DNA of 64,000 nt, taken from positions 186,001 to 250,000 of the forward strand of contig CT868027.1 of NCBI GenBank assembly GCA_000165425.1. The letters are read 5' to 3'. The stretch is from Paramecium tetraurelia. Lineage: Eukaryota. The position numbers were made by a program, and so were the translations under genes. Position 1 is the stretch's first letter. Every line of letters starts with the position of its first letter. The notes beneath the pieces are model-generated. The model had not been told where the DNA came from and made no database searches. It saw nothing but the letters and a program-made list of their open reading frames with translations. Below, piece by piece: positions 26,444-40,235 of the stretch.

Positions 26444-26543
26444 TTATATATGTTCACAATTTTGTTAGATTTATTTAATGAAAATTACCAAAAATATATT
26501 AATGTTTGTAATAATTATATATATATAAATAATTTAATTAGAA

Positions 26544-27299
26544 TCATAATAATTCTTATAAAAATTAGTCGATAGCGTTAAACATTTTATTTTATTGAAC
26601 GAGATCGCTTTCAAACTCTTTATCTCCGTTTAGTACTAGTATGGATGTATTTTGATGGGTTTCCCTTAATAGCCATTCTTCATGTCTATCGTGGATTTGA
26701 GTCAGATATTCTTTGGAAATGGTATTCTTTAAAATAATAAAAATGGCGGTAATACTTTCTCTTCATCTCTTGCTCTCTTTTGCATCCTTGAAAAGCAGAC
26801 ATCAGGGTCTACTTGTAAATATATGATCATTTGCTTTTGTATTTTTTTCCCAAACACAATTCATCAGCAAAGCCAACTCATAAAATTTCTCATACAAAGC
26901 GAATTCTAATTTATTTATCATTCCATTCTTGTGTCCATTAACAGCAAAGATCTCTTTATCAGCTTCTATGCTCCTTTCACTTAGAATGCAATGTCTATCT
27001 TCAGGGTTCAATGGATCAGATAGAACCTCCTTCCAATGCTTAAGTCTGCTGTAGAATGCATAAACTTGCATAGTGTAAGCCCATCTTGATGGCTCCTCAT
27101 AAAAGGAACCTAACAAATTCAAAGTTGGATCTCCATTAATGCTTTGCCATTCATTAACTGGTTCCGCAATAAATCTCAACTACAAATTATTAATGATATT
27201 TACATCTGGATATTTCTATTACATCAATCTTAGTAGAGTGCTTTTGCCAGATCCAATATTACCTTCAATAGAGATAAGAGTGTATTGTTTTGATTTCAT
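26544..27299 (-). CDS. Deoxynucleoside kinase (dCK/dGK/TK2 family); frame break near 26835-26880
   Basis: ISIEGNIGSGKST P-loop, EPVNEW, ERSIEAD, IYLQVDPDVC, RARDEE lid. Confidence 0.9.
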
Positions 27300-27476
27300 A
27301 AATATAAAATAATAATATTGGAGGGATTTTTGAAATATAAATAAGAAATTTATATCTAATTCAAATTAGCAGTTAATAAGAAATTGTTTATTTTTTGTTA
27401 TTAAACCTAATTATAAAAAACTCTAATTTTTGAAAATTTCAATGCGTCATTAATTATTCTTTGATACTTGAATTAA

Positions 27477-30400
27477 TCAGCCGGTTAAATCACATAATTC
27501 AACTAAATCAACACTGGTATCAGGTAGCATAACAAAATCATAATTCTATTTGTAGCAAATCTGGTTACTCCGAATATCAACAAATATTGATAAGATATTA
27601 TTGTTTCACATAGATGCTCATTTCTAGTTTAAAATGATTATATCTGTAGATCCTTTTGCAGTCCCTATTGAACTAATTGAAATTTCATCATTTCTTTAAT
27701 AACCAAATGTATAACAAGAATTCTTATTCAATAATTAAGTAATATTTACCAAACAGTTGAGTTACATATTATATATTTATCCTTAGGGCTGCATCAAAAG
27801 CAAATCTATTTAACTCTAAAAATCTAAAATAATTATTTATTCTTCTCAACTTCTTCTTTTGCTAAATACTCATAATTTAGTTCTTTTGCAAAATAGACAA
27901 ATTATCCAAGCAAAGAAACATCCATTTCCTGCATTATAAATTTGATAAATATAATTTAATATTATAGAATATGAGTTCAGAAAAGTTTTTATCCCAATAC
28001 AATCTATTTTTAACAAGTAAACTTATTCACAACCAGAGCTAGCAACTACAACTGGGCATTCAATAGCATAGTCTTAATATTCAATTTTAATTCTGATAAA
28101 TCTTATCCTTTCTGCTGTTCTAAATCAATTATATAATTTATTTACATAAGGAAGTATTCTATTAAGAACTTGAAGTACTCCCTCTATATCCTTCAGCAAA
28201 CAAACTCGACTTTCTTGGCTTATGCTTTCTCTACATGGTAGCTCTGCTTGTTGTTGCTTTAGTGTGTCTAACTTAAATTTTCTCGAATCCAATATTAGTA
28301 TCTATCAAGCCTAATCTTGCTATTCTTCTATTATCACGTTGTAATTCGCTTTCTAATTGAAAATCATATTCATTTGATGACAATGGAAATTAGATTCTAC
28401 CGAAATTATTTACAAAATCCATATAGATTGCATAAGCTTTAGCAAATTCTAAATATGTAATCCATTCATTCAATTCATCTTCAGTTTCAAGAGCAAAGTA
28501 AACTTTCCTATAATTCTCAAATACTTGCTTTCCTCTACTCCATTAAGAAGTGGTGATAGTTAAAGCAAAATATTCACTATTAAACTCTCTCTCAATCAGT
28601 TGAATGTGTTTCAAATAAATAGTTAAAATATGTTCAGGATTATCATCCTCTTAAGAAACTCTATTTTTATTACAAATTAGCTTACATTAAATATTCGCTT
28701 GAAATCACACAAAATCGCCAGTTCCATTATAAACCCTTCTCAGATCTTTTATTAATGTATCCAGATTTCAATAGAACATTTCTTCTATTTTAATCTAGTA
28801 TCTATTTTATCTTTTTTATTATCAATTATTTCTTTTCGAAAAGAGTCAATCTAGGTAGTAAAGTACCTTCATCTATAATAACTGAATTTCTATTTTACGC
28901 CTAGGTCCAATGATATTGCATTCGAGTATACTCTTTGTTGTTATGATAATCAAATGGTTGGGGTATCTTCTGCAATGCCAAAGCTACATTTTTATGGGCC
29001 TGTCTTCTTTATGCATAAGTCATTCTCTAATAGATTGTCTCTCTAAAAAATGAATACGAAAATCTATAATAAATATTTTCAATCTCCATGTTCATTATAT
29101 CCAATATCCCTAATTCATACAGAGCGTTTAATTCATTTATTAAAGGCTTTTGTCTAATAAAATCTTTAAACGGATTCACATAATTTAAAGTTTAGATATC
29201 GAATATATCTCCGATTACGCAAGCTTACTTTAAGATTAATTGCTGCACTGCAGTGAGCTTATCAATGTAAGGACCATTTATTTAGACAGTCATCAATGGC
29301 GCATCAACATCTAACCATTCTTCATGTTTGATGAGTTGGCGAAACTTTTTTGAGGCCATTCCTAAGTTTCTTTACTCATCTAGAATTATGTAATGATTGT
29401 CCAATAAATGTTTCATTAAATAGATCATTTTCAATGGATGACCACAAGTTCTCACATACAAATAATTGATGCATAGAGAATTAAAATCCATTTCCTCTAA
29501 TTCAGGTTTTGACTCCCAAAACATCAATGGATCTCTTATCTTTTTGAGTATTTCCACCATTTCATAAATATCATCTATAGATGATGTTCTTTTTCTACGT
29601 GCAAACATAGTTTATTCTTGATTTTTCTAATCCTCTTCCATGCAAATAAAAGATTTGATTTTGAAATGTTTTTCAAATAATTCTGACAACTAATCATCCT
29701 ACTTGAGTCCTTTCAAATTAATTGTAAGTTTATTTGTTTGTTTTGCAATCATTTTGCTTAAGAATTCAGATTGGCATTCAGATTTATGATTATTGTTATC
29801 AAAAAAGGAAAACTCCTTAAATTAATTCCTAATACAACCAACAACTAAAATATTTTTAAAGTTTTTGAGAATGGATTTCAACAGATATAATGATCCATCA
29901 TCAGAATCTTACATATCATCAATCAGTATTATCAATGCCTAGGAATAATATTCTTATATTTAATCCTCATTTTAAATTTGAGCTTAGAGTTATTCCTATT
30001 CTAAATATAAGCTAATTAGTTTATAGACAAATTTCTTAATTGACTTTGCTAGTGTTAAGTCTTCTCTAATCGTATTGGCTTTAATATCATTTACAGTAAG
30101 ACTCAACACTTAGCTAATTAAATTGGCTAAATGCGAGTCGCATTCATAAATCTATTATATTAATTCAACATTTGCTGCTTTATTTAATCTCTATGCATAC
30201 GATAGAAAAATATTTCTTAAGAAAATTCTAATAGAGTTCAATAATTTTGATCTGCTAGATGGATTTAAGGAAGATATCATAATCTCCAAAAGGGCTTCTT
30301 TATTTTATAAAGACTCAATATTTTTAAGCACAGTTTTAGCCAAAAATGATTTGCCAATACCATACTCACCTTGAATCAACACTAATCTATTTTGAACATA

Positions 30401-32090
30401 TTTGTTTTTTTTGAATTCATCTAAAAATTTTTGAATAAAATCCTTTATCTAATTGATCTCTTGTTTTCTACCAACTGGTTAGAGTTCCTCATCATATTCT
30501 CTACAATTAATATGGTATTTATCAAATACGATAGTTGATGATAGATTATTGTGACATTAGAGAGATTTCGAGGATACGATAGTATTGAGATTGGTTACAC
30601 TTCCCATAGATTGAGTATTCATCACTCTAAATTCAAGATGAGTATTGATATCTTTTATTTTCTTAAAATCCTCTTATAGACACAAGGGCTCGTATATCAA
30701 TACTCCTTTTTCCTTTCCCTTAACTTTCCTTTCACTCCAAAAGATGGATTGGATCTTGGTCTAGGCATCGCTTGCACTTTACTAATCTATTAGGATGCAA
30801 GGTGAAAATGGCTAGGTTGCAATTTACATCAATCTCGCAGCCAAATTAACACAATCCCCTAACACTGAATATTCTCTTCTACTCCCAGAGGTTCCTACGA
30901 CTCCACAGTAGGCTATTCCTGTTGATATTCCAATTGCAACCTTGCACTTGATCTTTTTCAATTCTGACTCTAATAGAAATGCTGATTAAATGGCTCTCAC
31001 TGGATCATTTTGATGACTTACAGGTGGTAATCCAAATACTGCAATGCAAGTGGAACCTTTATCATCCATCAATAATTTATTTAGAGAACCTTCAAAGGTA
31101 TAGACACAATACTGAACAGTTCTAATTACGTTTTGTATTCTCTGTAGTCCTGAATCTGTTTTAGCATCTGATAAATCTATACTCAAATTGATGAACATAG
31201 TAGTCACTCTTCTTAATTCACTGCCCCATCTCTCTAATCCTATCTCCATATATGGTTTGAGTGCTGCAGGGACAAACATCGCTAATTATTACAAAATTTT
31301 GGGATTCAAAATTATTGAATTTTTGATGAGAGTCGCCTCGGCCTTCAATTTAACTTTACTGTATGCATTCAATTTCTTCACCAGATAAAACTGTTTATTG
31401 TCATGGTTGATAGTTTCGAATGTGAAGTAATCCTTTACAAATTCATAGACTTCCTTCGATATTATGGTTTCTCCTCCTTTGGTAGCGCAATGTTCACTTT
31501 AGAATGCTTACAACAATGGTTCTCCTGTGGCCAGATATTCTGATCGATTGTAGACTCCTCCTACATAGATTATGTTGATATCCCCAATTCCAAATCCAAT
31601 CTTGACTGATAATTTCAAATCTGGTAATATGCATGTATCATTTAACTTGTTTTAGATATCCAATGCATTTTAAAGTGCCATTCTACAAGTTAGTCTTAGA
31701 TCTTCATGCACCTGTACAATATCTGTTTTGTATGAAGGAGGCCACACAACAATCATGGCATCTAAAATTAGTAGAAATATTGACCTCCTGCGAATTTCAA
31801 TATGTCACCTCCACTTTAACTTATCGCTTTCACTAGTAATTCCATATATCTATTAATTACAAAGGCAGTTAATTCTGGTCCTTCGTTTCCCAATTTCGAA
31901 AGACTCTCGGTCAGATTCGTAAATCCTGAGACATCTGTGAACATTACAACACTTTAAAATGATTATTTTGCAGGTAATTCCTTAATTCTCAACAATCAAA
32001 TATTTTATACTATTCATGCTATGCAAAATACTAAACAACCAAAGCAGGAACATATCCCATTAATGACATCAAACTCTTCTTTGTTAACAT
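27477..32090 (-). CDS. Soluble adenylyl cyclase (ADCY10-like): two class III cyclase domains, STAND-type P-loop NTPase, PH domain
   Basis: VMFTDVSGFT, ILKFAGDAMIVVW, KLLMDDKGSTC, REYSVLGDCVNLAARLM; Walker A GEYGIGKS; Walker B IILIDD; RTCGHPL; PH KSGYINKRS..WNWRFCVI...ELNEWITYL. Confidence 0.92.
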
Positions 32091-32116
32091 AGTTAATTAA
32101 ATATATAATAATACAA

Positions 32117-33947
32117 TCACGATTCTTATTCAAAATTTTCCTTTTAGTATTCTATAACCTATTAATTATTTTACTATAAGGTAGTAATCAAGAAGCCTTC
32201 CTAATTATAGCTTTTCTAATCATCACTATCTTCAAGTGGATTGACAACGTCCTAATCACTGTATGGATCAATAGATTCTGCAGCCTTGATGAATACTTCA
32301 CTGCCATTTTCATTATCATTTAAAGTGTTCTTATTGGATTGCTATTATTTTAACAGTTTCTAATCATTCTGAGTGGCTTAATTTTGAATCATTTTAATAA
32401 ATACATCTTCCTATTAATGGTTAGATTCTTTTAGTTTATCCTCCTCATTTACATTTGATCTTTTAATTTCATTGCTTTCAATCATTTTGCCAAAAGTATC
32501 CTTCCTTTCTTCTTCCTCCACAACATTGAAGTAGGCAGTACCATTCAACTTCCCCTTTTCTTCATTCTAAGGTTCTGTATAGGATTTAGTTTAATTCTAG
32601 GATTAATTAACCTAAAATAGTTGAGAATCACGAGAAAAATATTAAACCTTATCCTAAACAACTTAAACTTAATTCTTCTGTTGAAGTGTATTAGATGATT
32701 CATCAACATCTGAAATTTTAATTGTAATTGGCGATATAGTTGATTTCTTTGCTGGAATATCTTGAACATTGAGATTTTTTTTTGATTTTTATTCATCAAT
32801 TTTGGATATATTGATTGAATTGATTTTTTTTAAATCTAATTTTGACTTATTCTTAGATTATACTTTTTATTAATTATCCCTAGTACCAACACTCTTGCTT
32901 TTTAAGTCTTTTGGTGATTGAGAAATTTACTAAATGCTGTTATCATTTCTATATTACTTAGGCTTAGTTAAGACTAACTGAATTTCCTTGTGATATTTCT
33001 TATACTAATAAACTGGTTTTTATTATGAGCTTCTGACAGATGGAAGTTGTGTTGTTTAATCGGATCGTATTTGTAATTACTATTATTGTTAGGTACTTGG
33101 ATCTCGTTAACTTTAGATTTGATCTGTGTGTCTATCTGTGATAGTCTTTTTGATTGTGTTATCTTAGACGGATTCATAATGCTCAAAAACAAAATTATGA
33201 TTGTCTGTTTCCTCCAATTCTATATTCTAATTTCTTTCAAGTGTCCTTGATTCTATAGCTATTTTTTTAGTGTCTTGATTATGGGATTGATATTTTTGAT
33301 CTTTTCTTCTTTAGGACATACTAATGAGGCCTTCGCTTTTCTTGATTTAAGGCAATTTTGAAAAGTTCTTTTGAGTCTTGACGTTCTCCACTTCCTTTTT
33401 ATTACCCAATGAATTCGCACGCAGTTTTCTTCTCAGTTATTCAGTAGCTTAACTAATTTTTCGTAACTCATCTTGCTATTTAGAGATTTAATTGTCCATT
33501 TATTCTTATGGAAAATACGTAATTACTAACTGTTAAACATTCTAGACTGTTGCAATGAGTTAATCTAGAAATGTTACAAAGTGTTCTTTTGATAATGATC
33601 TAGATACATCAGGAACTTTTTGAGTGTTGGATACTTGAGAGGTTGTCTTGTGTTGAGGCGAGCTGGATTAATTTAATACTTAAGTTTATTCTTGTTGATG
33701 CTAAACTTTATGTATTCATCCTTACTATAGTTTATTCAAAGGACTTTGATTGTTGATTACTCAAATTTCTTTAGCTCATTCTATCTTGTTTCATTTTCAC
33801 CATTCGCTATCTCACTTCCCGATTAAGGTGGTATTATTCCAAATGAATATCCTTCTCAGCCTTGTAATCGAACACCTTCCCTCTTCTCGCAACTGACACC
33901 CCATCCAACTAAAAAGGAGGCTTTATTTTTGTCTTTAGTTGTTGCAT
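32117..33947 (-). CDS. Hypothetical low-complexity protein
   Basis: ATG 33947 (MQQLKTKIKPPF); table-6 ORF with tiny introns to TGA at 32119-32117; separate from the cyclase ATG at 32090. Confidence 0.7.
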
Positions 33948-33960
33948 ATAATTTTTATAA

Positions 33961-36900
33961 ATGAATTATGCTAATCCATTTTCTTTATCATCTCATGGAA
34001 GTTTCCTCAGTCCCAAAGAAACCCCAAGCATTTTAACGAGCTTTCTCTCTTAAAATTAGTCCATAAGATCAGCCCAATCAAATCCTATTAAATTGAGTTT
34101 CATCTAGCATCCAAAAAACCCAAAGAAAACAGATCTTGCATCCCCAAGATCCAAAATGGTTACCTTGCATGAGGATAGGAAACTAAAGAACACCAATTTT
34201 GAAAGAATCAAATATGTTTCAGAGCATTCTACTACACCTTATTTATGCATTTCAAAAAAACATCCCCAAATTCGTATTCCAATACTCCCGAAACTATCAC
34301 CTGAACCTAAGATGGAAGTGTAGAGAATGCCTTATATAAACATTATGACAGAACCAACTGCTGCAATTGAAGAACATAGTGATGAAGGGAGAAGTAATGG
34401 CGAAAAAAGTATGGATAATAATAGGTCAGATAACCTACTCTACGTTTCTGAAACCTCTCATAATTTTGAGGACCAATTATCCACAAGCAAACTCTCCCTC
34501 AAATCCCGCTTTAAATCAGCAGTCTAAAAATCATTTCGCTCTCCTCCCAGGAAAGTATTATCTTATATAATTAGTCATTATTTAACCTCCTTATATCTCA
34601 CGAATTTAATACGCTACAAGAAAACGAGAGGAAATCCATCCAAATTAAATTCGAACCAGGTAATTAAGTATTAGCTACTAAATTAATATACCGCAAAAAA
34701 TCTAAATGGAGGTAATAATGCATCCAAACACAGGAAATCAAAAGACATTCTCGCTTTATTAATGATGAATAGTTTAGCATATCAACTAAGGCATTCCAAA
34801 GGAAAATCAATTTAATTCATGGAACCAACTCTAGAAATCTAATTTCAATTGAATCCTTTTCTTTACTTCCAAAATCTTCAAGAAAATCTGCAATTAGCAT
34901 TGTTTCCAAACTACAAAACAATACTTTATCAGGAATCTCTGATCATACGATCGACAAAAATGAGGAATCAGAATTACATAGGAACAGCAACAAGGAATCT
35001 AAACCAGTTAAATTTAATATAACAGTGACTTTTTAAAATACTGATATAGCAGCATACCAATTTAACAAACCAAAATATACTTATCACCACAATGAAGAAA
35101 TCTAATAATTGCAAAGTCTTTCCCCAAAAGCAACTCCAAAGATCCTTCCTATGACTTTGCAACAATCTAATAATCATATTTCACTTGTATCAACTAAGAA
35201 ATTAGATTATAATTCAACTTTTGTCAATCTAAAAACCAAGAGATTATCTAGGTTATCTGTTCAATAAGGGGTGACATAAGAGGAAGTCTAAAAAATAGAA
35301 TAGCAAAACGAATTCAATAAAGTATTATTTTATATATATGACATATAGCCTGGGTTATTCTTCAGAGTTTATTATCAAAATAAATTATACAAATTGATGC
35401 AAAAATCCAATTATACAAAAGAAAACTTAGTAGAAATAGAACAAGGTTTTAGACCAAAGTTTGTCTCACCCAATACCAATACAATAATGAGTAATGCTTA
35501 CACAATGATGTCGACAACAGAATAGGGAATAAGATAGAGAAAAATCACAAATGAATAATTAAGTGATAAAATTTAATTTTTGGGAATCAAATTCCCAAAA
35601 TATTAGATTGAATCTGAGAAACCGCCCTTTGATTATAATAATGAATCATCCTTGGAGGGATCGGAATCTAGTGATGATTCAGAATCATAAGTGTCCTTAA
35701 ATTAATTTCTAGAAAGTCCCTTGAATCCTAATAGTAATAATTTAAATAAATTAAAGTTAGAACCATTAGAAAAAAACAAAAAGCCATCTAAAAGAAAAAA
35801 ATCACTTCAAGAGATATCAAATGAACAAGATGATTAAACTCACTTTTATAATGATCAACCTACAGATTAAAAATGTAATAATAATAAATTAAGTTATAGA
35901 ATTATCCACTGGGTCATTAGTGCTAATAAAAAAAATAAGGGAAGCCTTTCATATCCCTTTAACTATTTAGCCAATTTTGAACATTTTGGAATCTTCTGCA
36001 AAAAATAGGTTGTTAAGTTATAGTGTTTCCGTTTGTGAAGACTTTCATATGGAAATAGTAGAGGATTTAGATCAAATAGCAAATTAAAAATTGTTAAAGT
36101 TTCAGAAAAATTCATAATTGAACTCTATGATCTTTCAAGCTGTCTAAATCAGATATTCTTAGATTTTGATTGGGAGGTATGTCAGCTAAACAAGAATGAT
36201 TGACGTTGAACATTAAGATCCTGTTGTTTAAACAACTATTTTAGAAATATAGGAAAAAAATGACCAATCTTAATCTAATTAATCACAATCACAATTCTCA
36301 CAGATTAAGAGCCAAAAAATGAATTCTAGCAAGGAAGCTGTTAAAGAGTCAAATTCTAAGAAGCCTTAGACAGGAGGGAAAATAAAGTAATCTTAAAGAT
36401 ATCTTACAAAATAAGATTCTCTTTAAGTTCAATAATATTAATCATGGAATAGAAGAGCAATGCAATCTGGAGATTTATCAAACACTCTGTAATAGTCAAA
36501 TTAATAAAACTCGAATTTCTTTACTCAAGCCTCAACTGTTCTAATCACAAAACCTACATAAACATCATAATAGTCTGTTTTTAGAGTTATGAGTTCAAAG
36601 CATATAGATTTGAATAGTTCTCAATAAGATGCAAGTTCCTCATTAAATTCCTCATAAAATGAAGAAACTCCTTAATCTGGTTAAGTGTAAAAGAGTTCAT
36701 AGACATAAACCTAAAACTAAACACAACCATAGCAACCCCAATTAATCCAAGTTTAAGCTTCGAATTAAATCAGTTCTGGTAGAAATTTGCGTTGTTTAGA
36801 TGAAGATTCTTAGTAAGAACTACATGAATAATTTGACTTGGACCATTTATAAAACAACATGGTATTTGTTTTGCATTATATAAGAATTAATTAAGCATGT

Positions 36901-37339
36901 AAATGCACTCATTAAGAATGAGAACTCACATTAAGGAATCCTCGAGAAGGTAGAAATTAGATCAAATTTAATAAATTAAATTGGCAATTTATGATCATAA
37001 TTATACAGAAGTAAGCTGATTGAATAATTAAAAATAGTTTATTGATAATATCTAGTTCATTCCAGAAGCTCAACTAGATACTCCGTTATAAAATGGAAAT
37101 ACGTTTCTTATTTTAGCTGCTTAGTGTGGATGTAGCGAAATTGTTCATGAGCTAATAAAGAGAGGTGCAGACATCAATATTTAAAATGTATGGTATTACT
37201 AAAGAAGGATGATGGCAATACTGCAGTTCATTTGGCTTTGGCATATGGGCATTACAAGATTGCGGATTTGTTAATGGAAGCAGGAGGAAGTACTCATATC
37301 ATCAACAGAAAAGGATAAAATGCCTGGGGAATATTGTGA
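33961..37339 (+). CDS. Large low-complexity protein with C-terminal ankyrin repeats
   Basis: NGNTFLILAAQCGCSEIVHELIKRGADIN...DDGNTAVHLALAYGHYKIADLLMEAGG; TGA 37337-37339. Confidence 0.8.
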
Positions 37340-37381
37340 TACTTATTATTTTTATTTATATAAATATATTAAAATTAAAAA

Positions 37382-37929
37382 ATGGATCAAGAAACTCAGA
37401 AACCTATTTTGATGAACATTTATTAGTAAACATTTTAAGTTTAACTCTAGAAGGGCCAATCAAATTGGCAATCAATTAAAATCATAGAATTTTAGTTCTC
37501 TAAAATATCTTTTCAAAGAACTATAAAAATCAAAAAAAACTCCAAGTACATCTTAACATACTACTGCGAGTAAAAGAAATTAACAATCAAAATAGTAAGA
37601 TAATGTTTAGGTTCAAACTCCTCAAACTAGTTATCGTTCTAGGCTATAATTAGTAGAAAAAAATGAATGGATCAATTTAATTAATCAAAAATCGCAGTAA
37701 AATCTTCAATCTGATCAAATTGCAATGACCGAATATCGGTATTTATAAAATTCAACTTAGAACTAGAGTTTAAATCGATTCTTTTTTCTAAAATGACTGG
37801 AAATAGCCGTATTATAAACCAGAAAAAATATAATAATTAAACTTAGAAGTAAATTAATATTAGCCTACCAATGATATTGATTCATGGAAACAAACTGTAT
37901 ATTAGAGATTATATCAGAAGATATCATGA
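37382..37929 (+). CDS. Small hypothetical protein
   Basis: MDQETQKPILMNIY, a 25-nt intron (gtaaacattttaagtttaactctag), then open frame to ...RLYQKIS-TGA. Confidence 0.6.
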
Positions 37930-37953
37930 TTTAATTAAAACATTTTTGATAAA

Positions 37954-38970
37954 TCACTAATCTATAATATCTTTAAAATATTAGTGTTGCAAAGCTTAAC
38001 TTGCGGTAGGTCGTTATCCTGGTATATATTTCAGTAATTTTCTATTTTTAGAATAACATAAATTAATACTTTAACAAGTCTACAAAATTTGCCTTATCCT
38101 CTATATTACTAAACTTCTCATTGAGATTGATGCCTTTGTATTCAGGAAACTCTTGAAATAAATTGATGTCAAAAGGAACTACTTTCTAGAAATATTTAAG
38201 ATCCTCCTCTGTAAAGGATCCCATTATTTTGAGAATTTAAAATAATTGATCTCCTTCGGATTTGCCAATAAAAAAGGGCTCCAATAATGCTAATTCAGCC
38301 ATAATACAACCAAAAGCCCAAATGTCAATGGATTCAGTGTATTTGGTGACACCTAGCAATAATTCAGGAGCTCTATAAAATCTGGACACAATGTAAGGTG
38401 TATTCACAGCTGTTCCAGTCATCTCTTTGGCACTTCCAAAATCGCATAACTTAAGAGTTCCATCTTGAATCAAAACGTTTTCTCTAATCCAATAAAAATT
38501 AAGAATTTACGGTTTTAAGTCCCTATGTGCAATATGCTTTTTATGAATCTAATCAAGCCCTTTGAGCATCTAATAAAGATAGTTCTTAAGAGTTTTGGTA
38601 TCAAAGTATTCCTTTCTTTTCCTATGATCAACTATAATATTTTCTAAATTTTGATCCATAAATTCTAGTACAATGTTTTAAACCATTTTATTATCTTCGC
38701 TTCTGCTGTAGAAAACATCCTTGCTATTTCATTAATCATACTATCAATTTAACAACATTAGGACACTATTTCAATTGCATTAATATATCGCATTCTCTGC
38801 TTGAGACTTTACCAACTTTTTGCATTCTTTTTAGGGCTACTTTTTAGTTTCTCTTTGAATCAAATGCTTCGAAAACATAACCTTAGAATTAACTAAAACT
38901 ATATACCAAATGCTCCTGAACCAATAACCCTAGTGATTTCGTAATTAGGTATACTACCATGTGCTTCCAT
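37954..38970 (-). CDS. GSK3/shaggy-like CMGC Ser/Thr kinase
   Basis: IGSGAFG, VALK, HRDLKP, LKLCDFGSAK, NTPYIVSRFYRAPELLLG. Confidence 0.9.
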
Positions 38971-39401
38971 TTTAGATATTAGTTATTTTACTCACTTAAA
39001 ATAAAAGTTAAGAATTTAGTATTAATAATGTGAATTATCATGTTAATTTTAATTAATGTATCCCTTATATTCTAGTTTAGTTCTCATACAATTTTTGTGT
39101 CTGCTTGCCACCTTAATTAAAAATGATCATAAAATCCAAAATTTCTAATAATTATGAAGTATTGAGGTTGTAACAACAGAACTGAATTAAACATAATTCA
39201 ACTGAGAAATTGGAGGCATTTTTTGCTTATCCTTCTAAATTTTTGGAAAAGCTATGGGATTAAAATCTTAAAGCACTTTGAAGATACCTAATAGATAAAG
39301 AAATGTGAAATTAAAGTTGATTATAATAACAAGCAATGATTCAAATCCTATATAAATTCTTCCCTTAGTATCTAATTATAATATAAATAAAAATAAATAA
39401 A

Positions 39402-40004
39402 ATGTCCAGATAAGCTCCATCCTCTGCTTAAAAAGTAGATCCCAAGAGGGCTCCTCCTCCTCCTCCTCCAGCTTAAAAAGGACCCAAAGCTTTTAATGCT
39501 GAAGATTATGCCAAGCCACCTCATCTAACAAAGGAGGAAGTCTTGGAAGTAAAACAAGCATTTGACATTTTCGATAATGATGGATCTGGATCAATCGATC
39601 CATAAGAATTAAGAGAAGCCTTTGAAGCTTCAGGAATCAAAACCTACCACAATAAATTTATTTATTAAGTATTGGGAGAATTAGATACTGATAATAGTGG
39701 AGGAATTGATTTTGAAGAATTTTTGCATTTAGCTACAGCAAAGGTTAGTGATAAAGATACTAGAGAGCAAATCCAAAAAGTGTTTAATCTGTATGATTGG
39801 AACAAGGAAGGTAAATTCTGATTCATATTTTAAGGTCGCATCACCTGGGATGAATTAAAGAGAGTAGCATAAGATTTGGGAGAAGAGATGACAGATGAGG
39901 AGATCTAACATATGTTCAAAAAGGCAGATTTGGATGATGATGGTTTTGTTACTTTTGATGATTTTTACAATCTAATGACCCAAAAGGAATACGGAAAATA
40001 ATGA
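39402..40004 (+). CDS. Centrin, infraciliary-lattice (ICL)-type
   Basis: Pro-rich N-terminus; EVKQAFDIFDNDGSGSIDPQEL, ELDTDNSGGIDFEEF, KADLDDDGFVTFDDFY; one 24-nt intron at 39811-39834. Confidence 0.92.
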
Positions 40005-40235
40005 TATCAAATAATGATAAACATATAAATAAAAATTATATATTAGATATTAATCCTTTGTTTGAAAACGTCTTGTATCTTATATTTCAACTTTCTTTAT
40101 TCGATATTTCTCATAGTTTTTATCATAAAATGTCTTTAAGTTAAATATTACTTAATCTAGATATTCTAGAGATTATGTTCCGCTTTCAAATATTAATTAA
40201 TATTAATATATATTAATAAACTAAATTTTGTAAAT

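Noticed and set aside
27477..33947. Single giant cyclase gene with a long N-terminal extension
   Set aside because: An in-frame TGA at 32119-32117 ends the upstream ORF, and a new ATG at 32090 matches the ADCY10-like N-terminus.
34021..34270. Scattered CCCCAA/CCCAAA hexamers (internal telomeric repeats?)
   Set aside because: Isolated, not tandem, and inside a coding frame in the C-rich skew domain.
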